In this document: piece after piece, positions 13,090-23,609 of the stretch
Position numbering within the stretch: position 1 is the stretch's first letter
How the letters are laid out: the number at the start of each line of letters is the position of its first letter
Assembly (NCBI GenBank): GCA_009103225.1
Contig: RHPI01002048.1
Coordinates: forward strand, 881,036-945,035
DNA length: 64,000 nt
Direction of reading: 5' to 3'
DNA from: Chlorokybus atmophyticus
Lineage: Eukaryota; Plantae; Mesostigma and Chlorokybus algae
Notes under the pieces: model-generated
Told to the model about the DNA's origin: nothing
The model's input: only the letters and a program-made list of their open reading frames with translations
Databases searched by the model: none
Translations under genes and position numbers: made by a program

Positions 13090-15442
13090 AAATCCATTTT
13101 AGAGATTGTAATTCATGATTACCCAGGTACGCAAGCAGTAGCAGTGTTTGCACTTACTGTTATCAGTGTCTGACTGTATCTGTATATCGGACTGTTTTTG
13201 CTATGGTTGTGGCTACTGAAGTACATTATGTTGGTTGCGCAGCTCTGGCAAAAGCTGCCTTGCAGATGGCGCATGGAGCCATCTTTGGCTGTTCAAAGTG
13301 CGAGTGCATTGGAGAACATGTGGAACTTCTTAAAAAGGTGATCTATCAAGGCCACCGCCGGTACCTACCGGATGACCATCCTTACAGAGTTGATGAGCGT
13401 TGGCTGCAACCAGAACACAGACCTCCACCACCCATGTGGACTGTCGAGAGCGTGTACAGGTGAGCAATCTCAGCTGATTGCGCATTCGGTTGCAAAACAT
13501 AGGTATGTCAGCAATGGATGCCATGTGATCAGGTATGCTATGACATCTCGCAACAGCAAGCGTCCACTGCACTACAAGAGACATTCTTCAAAGACCTCCG
13601 GCATCCTTGGACTGAGCTGTTTTCACGACCTTCCATATTGGCTACCGTTTCAAAAATCTGTCAAAGGTCATGTGGTTGGCCCTATGCACATTTTTGCCAA
13701 CCTGGCAACCGACTTTGCAAATCTCCTAGCTGGCTTGCGCGACAGCATCGAATCACAAGAAGATCTGTAGCAGCAAGGCCGCATGCCTGAACTCTGGCTA
13801 GAGGTACGTATATAGTTGGCCTCATTGACATGTGCAATAGTTGGATTTAACTAAGGACTTGAACCTATGTGTTGCAGACAGATGAAGATGAAGGATGGAA
13901 AGGAAGTCGCAGTCAAGGTAAAACCCCAGGCTCCATGGACAATCACAGATGTAGGACTGGTTGAGCAATTGCTCTCCGGCGTGAGGGTTTCAAGCACTTT
14001 CGGCTCGAAGCTGCAATCTTTCACAAAGCATTTAAGTGAGATAGCCGTTATATGTTTTGTGTTTACGCTAAAGCAATGATTCTCCATGCATGGAACTTTT
14101 AACATGGAGCATGCAGGCTCGATGAAATCGCACGACAAGCACAACTTCTGGTCGGTCGTTTTTCAATACGTGCTGCGCTCTGCACACGACATTAGAGAAG
14201 ATCAGAAGAGAACCATCTTCAAACTATGCGACATCTATTAACGGTTGACTGCATTTGAAGTAAAGCAGTTACACCTCGAAGAATTGAAGGTTGGCTTTAA
14301 TAACACTTTACTCTGCATGCCCAGCTCCTATGGCATGCATAGCTTATTACTTAGTACAGGTGCTGGTGCATGAGGCACAGTCTGAAGTGGAGCTGTTCTT
14401 CCCGCGAACTTTTCTCACAATGATGCTGCACCTCCCTGGCCATCTACCAGAGCAGTGCATGTGGCTTGGTCCGACGCGTGACCACTGGGAGTGGGCACAT
14501 GAACGCTTTATGCAGTGGGTGAAGCGCATGATGTTTGCAAGGCAGCATGTGGAAGCAAGCATCTGCAAAAGGCAAGTTTTGTGTGAGCCCACTGAGAGTT
14601 ACGTGCAAACTTTCCACATTGTTTGCCTTGTTCAAGTGCCAGTTGCATCTGCAGATACTCTATCCAGCTCATGCTGAACACTTACATGGACACCTTGAAG
14701 CGACTTTTCTCCGACATCAGTTTGCGATCGGGCAAGCAACGAGATGATGACGACTATGTGCTCTGCAGACGGAGACACCACTATTGAGGTTGGGGATAAA
14801 GATAGCGAGACAAGGCAGGAGCTCGAGTGGTGGTGGGCTGAAAATGACGGTAAATACAGGCTGTTAAAAGAGTAAGTTGCTTTGGGAGTTGCTGCTTTGT
14901 ACGTGATGTCCAACGCGCAGACATTATGATTTATTTATGGGTTGCTGCTACACAGAGAGTTCAGTCGGGAGGTGAACAAATGCAGGATGGCAAGGGCAAG
15001 GGCTCAAAAACAAGGACATGTCGTGGCAAAGGACATGGAGCATATGACTGAGCTGCATCATTGGCGTGGACTTGCTAGGGAGCTTACAAAGCACGAGATG
15101 GAGCTGTTGAGCGGTCCAATCTTTCCAAAGTACATCAAGCAATACTTCAGAGCACGCTTCAAGGACATCGGTCAGTTTAGAGCAGAGGAAATGGAGAAGA
15201 AACTCCGCACCATGGACTGTGGCGTGATTACCGTTGGGTGTGACTCAGATGACCCAACCAAGAAGATCCATTTGTATGGCAGGGTGCAATCTTTTGATGT
15301 TGTGGTGATAGCTGGTCGGGAGCACCAGCTGCTCAGAGCTAGGTGGTACATGAGCAACCAAGTAAAGCACAGTGGAGGATTTGCAATCATAAGAAAAGAC
15401 AAGCCCCGCTTTGCAGAACAAACCTACCTTGATTGCAACCTG
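13090..15442 (+). pseudogene. CACTA TnpD-type transposase (Tnp2 C-part, DUF4218, DUF4216), spliced; N-terminal part apparently missing or degenerate
   Basis: IHDYP/ALAK...GCSKC...YQGHRRYLPDDHPYR; FHDLPYW...MHIFANL; MKSHDKHNFW; FFPRTFLTMMLHLPGHL...LGP..DHWEWAHERFMQWVK; LYGRVQSF...LLRARWY. At least one frameshift near 14790. Confidence 0.85.
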
Positions 15443-15546
15443 GTAAGTGGCTGTGTTGCAATTGTTTTGGCGTGTGCTTGGTGTGATGATAGTAAATTGA
15501 AATAGTAGTATGAAATTGGCTGATGAATATCCCTTCTTGCTGGCAG

Positions 15547-17646
15547 GTCAAGGGCCAGTGGTTTGAGGGAATTGATCCCCATGACAACAAAGTAATAGCG
15601 CTTGTTAAAGACAGGCGCAGTCTCATGCGTCGCGGCATGCACCGGGACACTCCGGTAAGAGGAGAGTTAACAACGTTGTCTGTTAGAATCTGGATGTCCT
15701 CATATATCCTGGGTTTTGGCATCACATACAACCATCTTGTGTACTTGGTGCAGGGTTCCCAAAGCGAAACCAATAGCGCCTCGAGCGAGGTGTCATGGAC
15801 CACACGCCGCGACTGGCATTTCTGTTTTGAGTACAAGAGGTACTGTTTGTGATGCCTCATATTCCTATTGTGAGACTATAGGCCACTGAACCTTTGTTCA
15901 CAGGATGAGACCGAGACTGGAGCTGGATGCGTTGGAACATCAGGAACATGAAGACTACTGCTTTGTCTGCAAGGATGGGGGCACCATATCTGGCTGCGAT
16001 GTGGAAGGTTGCTGGAAAAGCTACCACGCGCACTGTGTCTCTATGCCACCTGTGGAGGATGAATACTGGGAGTGCCCAAGGCATGAGTCAGTGGACTTCA
16101 TTGCAGCAAATGCTTGGCATCTTGTTGTGAGGAACTTCACTCCTAGAACCACCATCACTTGTACTGAATCAAAACACAGGTGCCATGTGAAGAACTGCAA
16201 CGAAGCAGCTTCTCAAGTCTGCGCGACGTGTCCAAACAGCCTCTGTCGACGGCACGCTGTGGGTAGCATGGTTGAGGTTACGTGCTTGCGATGCGCTGCG
16301 TATGAAGAATGTGGTGCTCCAGCGCAGCTCCCAAGGGAGAGCCTTGCTCGTCATTCGCTGCCGGGCATTTGCTGTAGGGTTTCACAAACTGTGCAGAGTG
16401 GGGTTCAACACGTTGAAGAGAGTGGGGATGAGGCTAATAATGGTAAGCTGCTGTGTGCTTGAGCTTGTTGATTTGCGTTGTGGTTCTTGCCCAATTAAAC
16501 CGTTTATGGCCGCAGAGGCAGTCACGATGGAAGTTGACGATGAAGACGTAGAGGGTTGTAATCAGCAACCCACGACGGCTGCGGCAGTTGTGGACCTCGT
16601 GGGCAGCGATGATGATATCATGGTGCTGGACGATCCAGTCAGCAACCCGCAGCCGTCAACACCGCAGTCACTGTTCATTTACCCTAGTGCAAGTGCACGT
16701 GATGCGGTGCCAGTGCTTGAAATGGACAGGAGGTTGCTGGATGGCAGACAAGAGCTCAATGACACCATCCTCCACTTCTTTTGCAGGTATGTGATATGTT
16801 GCGTCTGTGTTATTTGTGTATCTCTTATGTACATGGGATGCACATGCAGATACAAGGAAGAGGAAATCTTAGGCAGAGCAGATGGCATTCAGGTGAAGCT
16901 GTTCCACCCGCATTTCTACACCAAGATTGTGCGCTGCCATCGACAAAATGACTGGCACACGAGCAATCACAGGATAGACAGGTGGGAGAGTGATCTGTTT
17001 GCCAAGGACTTGCTGGGAGTGATTGTCAACCCAGACACGCGGTGAGAATAAGCGCCAAGAATATCTTGCTGAATCGCTGCTGTATTTGCAAACTGGCATT
17101 ATTTTAATTGTGTACACAAGATTCACTGGAGTCTGCTGCTTGTGTGCAATCCTGGAGGCCAACTTGGAAGTGACGCGCCGCCTTTACTCGTCCATCTCGA
17201 CTCCCTTGGCCTGCATCGCAATGTTGATGGACCTATGCGCGCTTACCTTGACTACATGTGGGGCAGAAAGCATGGAAGTGACTCACAACGACGCTTCTCT
17301 CCCGAAAACGTACAGCTTCTTGTACCACAGGTAGCACACGTTGCATTGCACTAGTGATGAGTTTGCATGCATTCTGTCACAAGCACTGATTGGATGCATG
17401 CACATGCATTTGGTTTGCAAGCATTGACACATGTTTGTGCAGGTCCCTCAGCAGAAGGTTGGAGTTGCGTGCGGGTTGTTTGTCATGCTTTATCTTGACA
17501 AGTTTATAGATGGGGTACAAGCTGGTCCAATTAACAGAATTAGCAGTGCAATCTACTTGGTTTTCAAACACATTCGGGACTTGGCCAAAATGAGAGTATA
17601 TGTTTACTCGTGTGGGGTTGAATATTCACTCACAGCTAGGAGTTAG
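15547..17646 (+). CDS. PHD-C5HCH zinc fingers plus Ulp1/C48 SUMO-protease exons, apparently spliced in frame to the transposase
   Basis: Predicted exons 15547-15654, 15754-15839, 15904-16086, 16180-16442, 16516-16786, 16850-17041, ~17120-17330, 17443-17646. PHD: CFVCKDGG...CDVEGCWKSYHAHC...WECPRHEC..CNEAASQVCATCPNSLCRRH. Ulp1 triad: IHWSLLLV, HLDSL, PQQKVGVACG. Confidence 0.8.
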
Positions 17647-17760
17647 TGCAAAACGTATTGCTTGGTTTTGGAATGGTGTTGAAAATTCACTCAAAGCTAG
17701 GACTTAGTGTGAATCGTATTGCGTAGTTTTAGATTGGTGTTGAATGTTCACTCACATCTG
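17613..17760. repeat. ~62-bp subterminal tandem repeat (about 2.5 copies)
   Basis: GTTGAATATTCACTCACAGCTAGG-like unit repeated three times. Confidence 0.75.
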
Positions 17761-17999
17761 TGGCATGAAACTAGTGAAGGTTATGAATATACATGTGTGA
17801 CAAGCTGATCAATTGATTATTCACGGGCAGTTGGGACTTGGTGAGTTTAAGCTGTCTCTTATAGCCACAAGCTTATGCCCCTTCATGAATGTTCAGGCAA
17901 TGTATAGCTGAATACTTAGCAGAGCACATGCTGTGTCCATTTACAATTGCATGCCCTTGAACATTCAATCGATTTCAACGGAGTACACGAGGTATATGG

Positions 18000-20140
18000 G
18001 TTTTGAAAGGTGGCACTGATTTATTGTGTGGATATTCACGCGATTCATAGGTGAATGTCGCGATTTCGTTTTGGCAGGGATCGCACAGATTGTACGAAAA
18101 CACTGAATATTCCTTCGAGAAAAAGCTGAAACGATAAATCAAACAAACATTCAGTGCGTTTGCCATGAATTTTCATAAATTTGAGGGTCTCAAAATTACC
18201 GGTGTAATGCTTGCGCAATCTTGCAAACACCGCTTCCAAGTGTTCTTCCTTTGTTGTACCGAAGACCAAGGATGTCATTCAAGTGTATCATAACATGCTT
18301 ACCAAGCATATCACCGCAAACTTTGTTTATTTCTTTCTAAAACACATCGGGTGCATTAGTCAATTCAAAAGGTAACACTTGATATTGGCCCCGTAGGTGT
18401 TCTGGTTATTGTCTTGTAGACAACCAAAGGATGAGGATTCCGAATTTGCTAATAGTCACTTGTCAAATCTAGCGTGCTAAAGTACGCATGCTTTGACAAC
18501 TTGTTGAGCACATCATCCATCCTTAGTAACGGGTATCTATTCTTCACCGTGATTTTATTTAAAGTTTGGTAATCCACACACATGCGCAACTTCCTATTCT
18601 TCTTCATAACAAACAAGATGGGTGCGCTAAAGGATGAAGAACTTGGTTCAATTAATCCCTTTTTTAGTAACTGCTTTATCTGTGTTTTCATTTCCCCCTT
18701 CTCACGAGGGCTCCACCTATATGTAAGCCGAAATGTAGGCTCACTGTCATGAATCAAAGGTATTGTGTGTTCGACACCTCGATCAGGGGGCAAGCCCGGT
18801 AACTCATCTAAGAACACATCCTAGAACTTCTTAATAATATCCGCCACACCTTTTGTATTGCCAGGCACTATATTATTACTCGACGTTAAGTGCACGAGAA
18901 AAGCAGGTGTGTCTTTACGTAATGCACGCTTTACTTGAAGCGCCGTAAGTAAGGCAAGGTCTGTTTGTTTATGTTCCAAGCTATGCGACCCTTGCACGGA
19001 CAAAGTGATGCGCTTACGCCCCTTTAATTACTATGCACAACCGTGCAGCAGTATCTAATGTCATAGACACTTGATGTTGCCAGTTTGGCCAAATACCGCA
19101 TCAACACCAGCTATGTCAATGGGTACTACAATGAAAGTTGAATTGGCTTGATAACTACCAATCATAACTTTCAACTTGAGTTCACCTTTTACTAATAATG
19201 CACCCCCAGCACTAGCAGCTGAGAAGGCTGAGGGTTTGCACGCGATATTATTGCGCATAACCCATTTTCAACGAAATTATGCGTCATCTTCTGTTCGTCG
19301 TGCCCACTCGGCCAAAGCGTCAGGTGGCATGAACAACTCAGCACGGAAGTGTGCTCACTAAGTGGTTGCTGAAGTGCAGCCAAGTAGCGCTTTATATTTA
19401 CCACCCAATCATGAATATTCACAGCCCCATTAGGCTTGAACTTATTGGGCTTGTTCAACGCTGTGATGGGTAGGCCAACTGATGTCCCTGCTACAGTTGT
19501 GGTAGCCCCGGCCACCTGCTGGCGCAATGCTACCAACTTGGACTGCATAGCATTGAGGCGCGCAGTCAAGCGCTCTTCTCGAGCTAACTTCTCCTCCAGC
19601 TCAGGCCCTAAGTATCAGATGAGGTCCTTGCCACGCATTTGAGTCTCCATCGTAAATTAGGTGAGAGCTTCGAACGCCATCTTCTGGCCTAGATACGGCC
19701 CTGGTTTGTCATAAGTGGCCATAAGAGTAGCCACTGCCGGATCTGTGCGCATGAGTTGCGGTACATTACGCATCGACTCGTGCTCGATCATGCGAATCAC
19801 CATCTTCATATTTGTGCGCGGGAGTACCACGAAGTCCGTCTTATATGCGTTACGGACTTGCAGCGCCCACTCATCCCACACTTTCCTTGCGAAGCTTAGG
19901 GTGTGCAGCAAGAAGAGCCTCATGCTCTGATGCATACTTTGCTATGGCCGCCCTGATGATGCTGTGAGCGTCCATAGGTTGTTCATCATGAGAGGACTTG
20001 TTGGAAGAAGCTTCACCACTCTTGGACTCGGCTGCTTCCTCATCACTGACACTCTAACTACCACTCGTATCCGAGTGCTTCACTTGCTCATCACTTGATG
20101 GCTCATCGGATGAATCCTCAAAAACGGGATACATTCATTC
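18000..20140 (-). pseudogene. Chromovirus A gag-pol, internally deleted and truncated in RNase H
   Basis: Gag KPNKFKPNGAVNIHDWVVNIKRYL (19192-19569), protease tail (19061-19258), RT LPPDRGVEHTIPL...APILFVMKK..LRMCVDYQTLNK (18449-18817), YESR near 18040. Confidence 0.85.
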
Positions 20141-20721
20141 CGCCTTCCTCTTGGTAGACATCTGCCCAAGGAGACAAGCCGTCAAGAAGTTTGCAAGTGC
20201 ACAAGCACACAAGTTATGCACTCAGAAAGTGTCAATATTTGTTGTTTCTTTCTCGTTGATTGCAAGTTTTTTAAGTCAGGTAACACAGCCCGTGAAGGCA
20301 CTACCCAACCTTTCAACAAGACGCTTGCTTGCAAACAAACCGCGCGCGATTCCACGCAACGGTTTGCGAGCTACAACAGCTCAAAGTTTCACTTTGTACA
20401 ACTCCACTACTTCACAATTGCAATTGACACGAGTAGTGCCAAGTGTGAATGGAGTTTACTTGGTTGAACAGAACAAGTTTATTGGCCCCACCGCACTGAC
20501 TAGCGGTCACGACAGCCGATGTTGCCATCGGATTGCCCTCAAGGGTTTGAACATGTGTGCGAATGCGTGCGCACGCACAAAACCCTTCACATCCCCGCGA
20601 TTCCACGCGGTGGCTATCCCACAAGCACACACGTATTGATAGTAATGTGAGTCACTAAGTGATGTATTGGGATGCTATTCTCGGGGGTGGGCTGCCTGAG
20701 TGGCCGCCTCCCCTTTACAGT

Positions 20722-20792
20722 AGCAAGCTAGGCTAGGCCAGGCAGCTAGGCTAGGCTAAGCTAGGCTAGCAAGTAAGCAAGGCTAGCTAGGT
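20722..20792. repeat. (GCTAG)n-like simple repeat in retroelement leader
   Basis: tagcaagctaggctaggccaggcagctaggctaggctaagctaggctagc. Confidence 0.7.
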
Positions 20793-20992
20793 TACAGCAG
20801 CAGCAGCGTTATACACAACAAGACAACAACAATCAACACCAAAAACGCTACCCACCCCAACACGTGGGTGGCGGTGGCTGCTACTGCTGCCACCGCCACC
20901 AATTGCTCAATGCCGCCGCTGCCGCCTCTGCACCGCCATTGTCGCCGCCGCCGCCCAACAGGCCCCTTGCCTCCCCTTGCCACGATACCGAA

Positions 20993-21317
20993 TGTAAGAG
21001 GGGGGGGTGCTACCGCCCCCTTTAATCCCCTACCCCAACACCACCACCAGCCACGCCGCCGGCCCACACCGCCGTCGCTGCCGGGGCAGCTGCCAGAGCA
21101 AAAGATGCTTTGACTATGGCGGACGCAACGTTAGCAGCGCCGCCATGCGGCTAATATTGATGTGAGACTCATGTCTCACATCGATATTAATGTTAGCGGT
21201 AAGCTAACACTACATTAAGGCCATAATACGGCTTAATTGGCTATTTATTACCCGTTGGGACCCTTACTTTTAACTAAATAAGGGCGGGGAACCGCATAAT
21301 GGTAGCACTCCATTACA
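20993..21317 (-). repeat. 5' LTR of chromovirus A
   Basis: Homologous to 84-416. The adjacent minus-strand sequence TTCGGTATC resembles the TGGTATC PBS. Flank ATGAG versus GTGAG left of 84. Confidence 0.8.
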
Positions 21318-22939
21318 ATGAGCATGATGCCAAGGCGTTGTTGGAGTTCATCAGCAACAACCCCGCCTGCGGGCTGCCATTAGACGTGGTAAGAGGCAGA
21401 GATAGTTTGCCATGGAAGATGCAACTGTTAAACTGGCTGGTAATATGCCGTTCACTAACTTAGTAGCTTTGCAGGGGGCGCTGCAATGCCATCGTTTCAC
21501 TGGCGCTGACATCCGCAACCAGTACGTCCACAGCAGATTGCATACCAAGGCGCGCACTAGAGTGTCGTGCAATGTCAATGCGCGATACGAAAATGCACGC
21601 GAACGTTCAAAGGACTACTACGGGATGTGGAATACTACCTGCTCGTCACATCTGGGGAGCACAACTTATGTGTTGCAATGCTTATGCTGTATATATACTG
21701 AACATGTAGCTACCGATGGTCTATACACCATTAATCCCAACCACACCTTATAGAAAGGCGTGATGGTGGATGTTGCGTCCATTATCAATTACATGGTTCT
21801 CTTTGCCAAGTCAACAAGGTCATAAAGCAAAATGTACTGCTTCCTGTACAACACCTCATGAGCGAACTATTCTCATAGACCACGACAGCAAGGTACACCG
21901 TGCATGAACGCCATAATGCACTTGGTAAATGGAGTTCACACGTGGTAGTTGTTGTAATTTAAATTTGAGACTAGTCAGCTTGGTAGCTTGATAGCTTGCA
22001 TTGTAGATCTTAATAGTATACACATGTACACTAGCTGCTCTGATGTAGTAGACGGACTTAAATACGGTAGGGCAGTGTCTGCCTGTCTGGGTGTAAGTCA
22101 AACTCGTAAGTTTAAGTCAGATTGGGGTCTATAAACCTTGTATGCGTTTGGATCAAGTTTTGGCTGCTGGGAAACCATTTCAGGAATCCTCAATGGTGGT
22201 TGGAGTGTCAGACTTGCCACCATTAGGCTGGTGGCGGCGTGGGCAGCTTTAAGGGCATGTGGAGGTCGACCTCAAGTGTACTTTTAGCATGTGATAGGCT
22301 GGTTTAACGTAACTAGCACGTATTCAAGACAGTTGGGCTGGTTGTAGACTGGCTCGAAGCTTAGATAGCCTTCGTCTTTGCAGTAGTCAAAATTGGGCTA
22401 CTTGTACTATATAAGTTGGCTTGGATTCTTTATTAGGTTGGTCTACATTGCTTGCACTTCCTTGTCGAGCGTGTTGTTGCGTTTTGCACTTGTGTTTACA
22501 TGTGCTTCACACTTAGTTCCAGCTTTACACATAGTAGTGCTTTAAGTTTAATTGTGTGAGTACTTAAGTTTGAATTTTCCAAGCCTTTTTTATTTATTTT
22601 ATCAACAGTAATTGCAGTGCAGGTACCCCATACATCACGTTGGACGGCAAGGTCTCTGCCAGCTTATACATTACCTCTTCTTATCATCTGCACAATGTTT
22701 TGCTGGATTGAATGAATACACTCAAATGGTCGAGATTAGCCTGTCTACCAGAAGCTGCCGAAGTGTGTAGGTACTGTAGCATTTCAGCTAAGTAACTCTA
22801 GATAGTCTATTGCGCTCTATTACAGGCCTACTTATTATCTACCTGCTGCGCCAGGTTATCTATTTCTATTTGTACATATACTATAAAACACTCCATTATT
22901 TATATATCACGTCCGTCATTTGCCTGACAACAAAACTAG

Positions 22940-23330
22940 ACACTCTAGCTAACACCTAGCATGAGCTATGGATAACTCTGCTCTTCACCTTAATAACCTA
23001 GTCTGCACACCGCAATACCTAGTTAAATCTACAAATATCGAAGAACTTCTACTCCATAAACGCTGAATAGCATCCACCTACCCTGTAGTATACTGATTGT
23101 GGGACTAAACACACCCTGTTTAAGACCTCATCACAGGCTAAATAAACACTCTACCGGGTCTAGCTGACACCTCGCATGATCTTATAGACAACTCTGCTCT
23201 TCACCTCTTCAACAGCAGAGTATCTTGTAAACTCTGCAAATGCCGCAGGACGGCTACTCTGTAAACGCTGGCTGGCATCTACCTACCCTGCAATATACCT
23301 AATTGTGGGAGCAAACATACCCTGTTTTAG
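22940..23330. repeat. Diverged ~200-bp direct duplication
   Basis: CTAGCT.ACACCT.GCATGA...AACTCTGCTCTTCACCT...CACCTACCCTG...ATTGTGGGA occurs twice. Confidence 0.7.
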
Positions 23331-23609
23331 CAATCAAGTACCAAGTCTTCACCTAATCTGTTGCAGATGTTAGGTACTCTGGCCGAGTCTAGCTGGCGTC
23401 TAGTGGGACATCTGGTCTCCACATTGGGCTAACTATAAAGTAGGTATAGACCACACACGGCGTGACATTTAAGGACCATGTATGGTCCTTCCATGAACCC
23501 CGCGGGCCAAACATGGTCCGTGCCCCGCGGACCACGAGTGCGTTGGCCGCGTGCGAGGCCCGCACCATCCATGGTTCTTTCGGGGGCCCCATTCCGGAGC
23601 GCAGTTACG

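Larger units (their letters stand above)
4957..17970. mobile_element. CACTA/EnSpm-like DNA transposon (~13 kb, ends approximate) with two divergent genes and a nested Copia
   Basis: Tnp2/DUF4218/DUF4216 transposase motifs on +, a Tnp1/EnSpm-like domain on -, and repeat-rich subterminal regions at both ends sharing a GCCCTGAATAC-like motif. No canonical CACTA TIR was found. Confidence 0.7.

Noticed and set aside
8400-17760. 151-bp and 62-bp arrays as CRISPR
   Set aside because: The units are contiguous tandem repeats without unique spacers, there are no cas genes, and the context is eukaryotic.
4957-17970. Canonical CACTA...TAGTG TIRs and 3-bp TSD
   Set aside because: Searched both ends by eye and found none; boundaries are therefore approximate.
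21318-21860. Possible Ulp1-like or other gene remnant (IINYMVLF...MYCFL)
   Set aside because: Similarity is too short and no catalytic motifs were seen; left unassigned.
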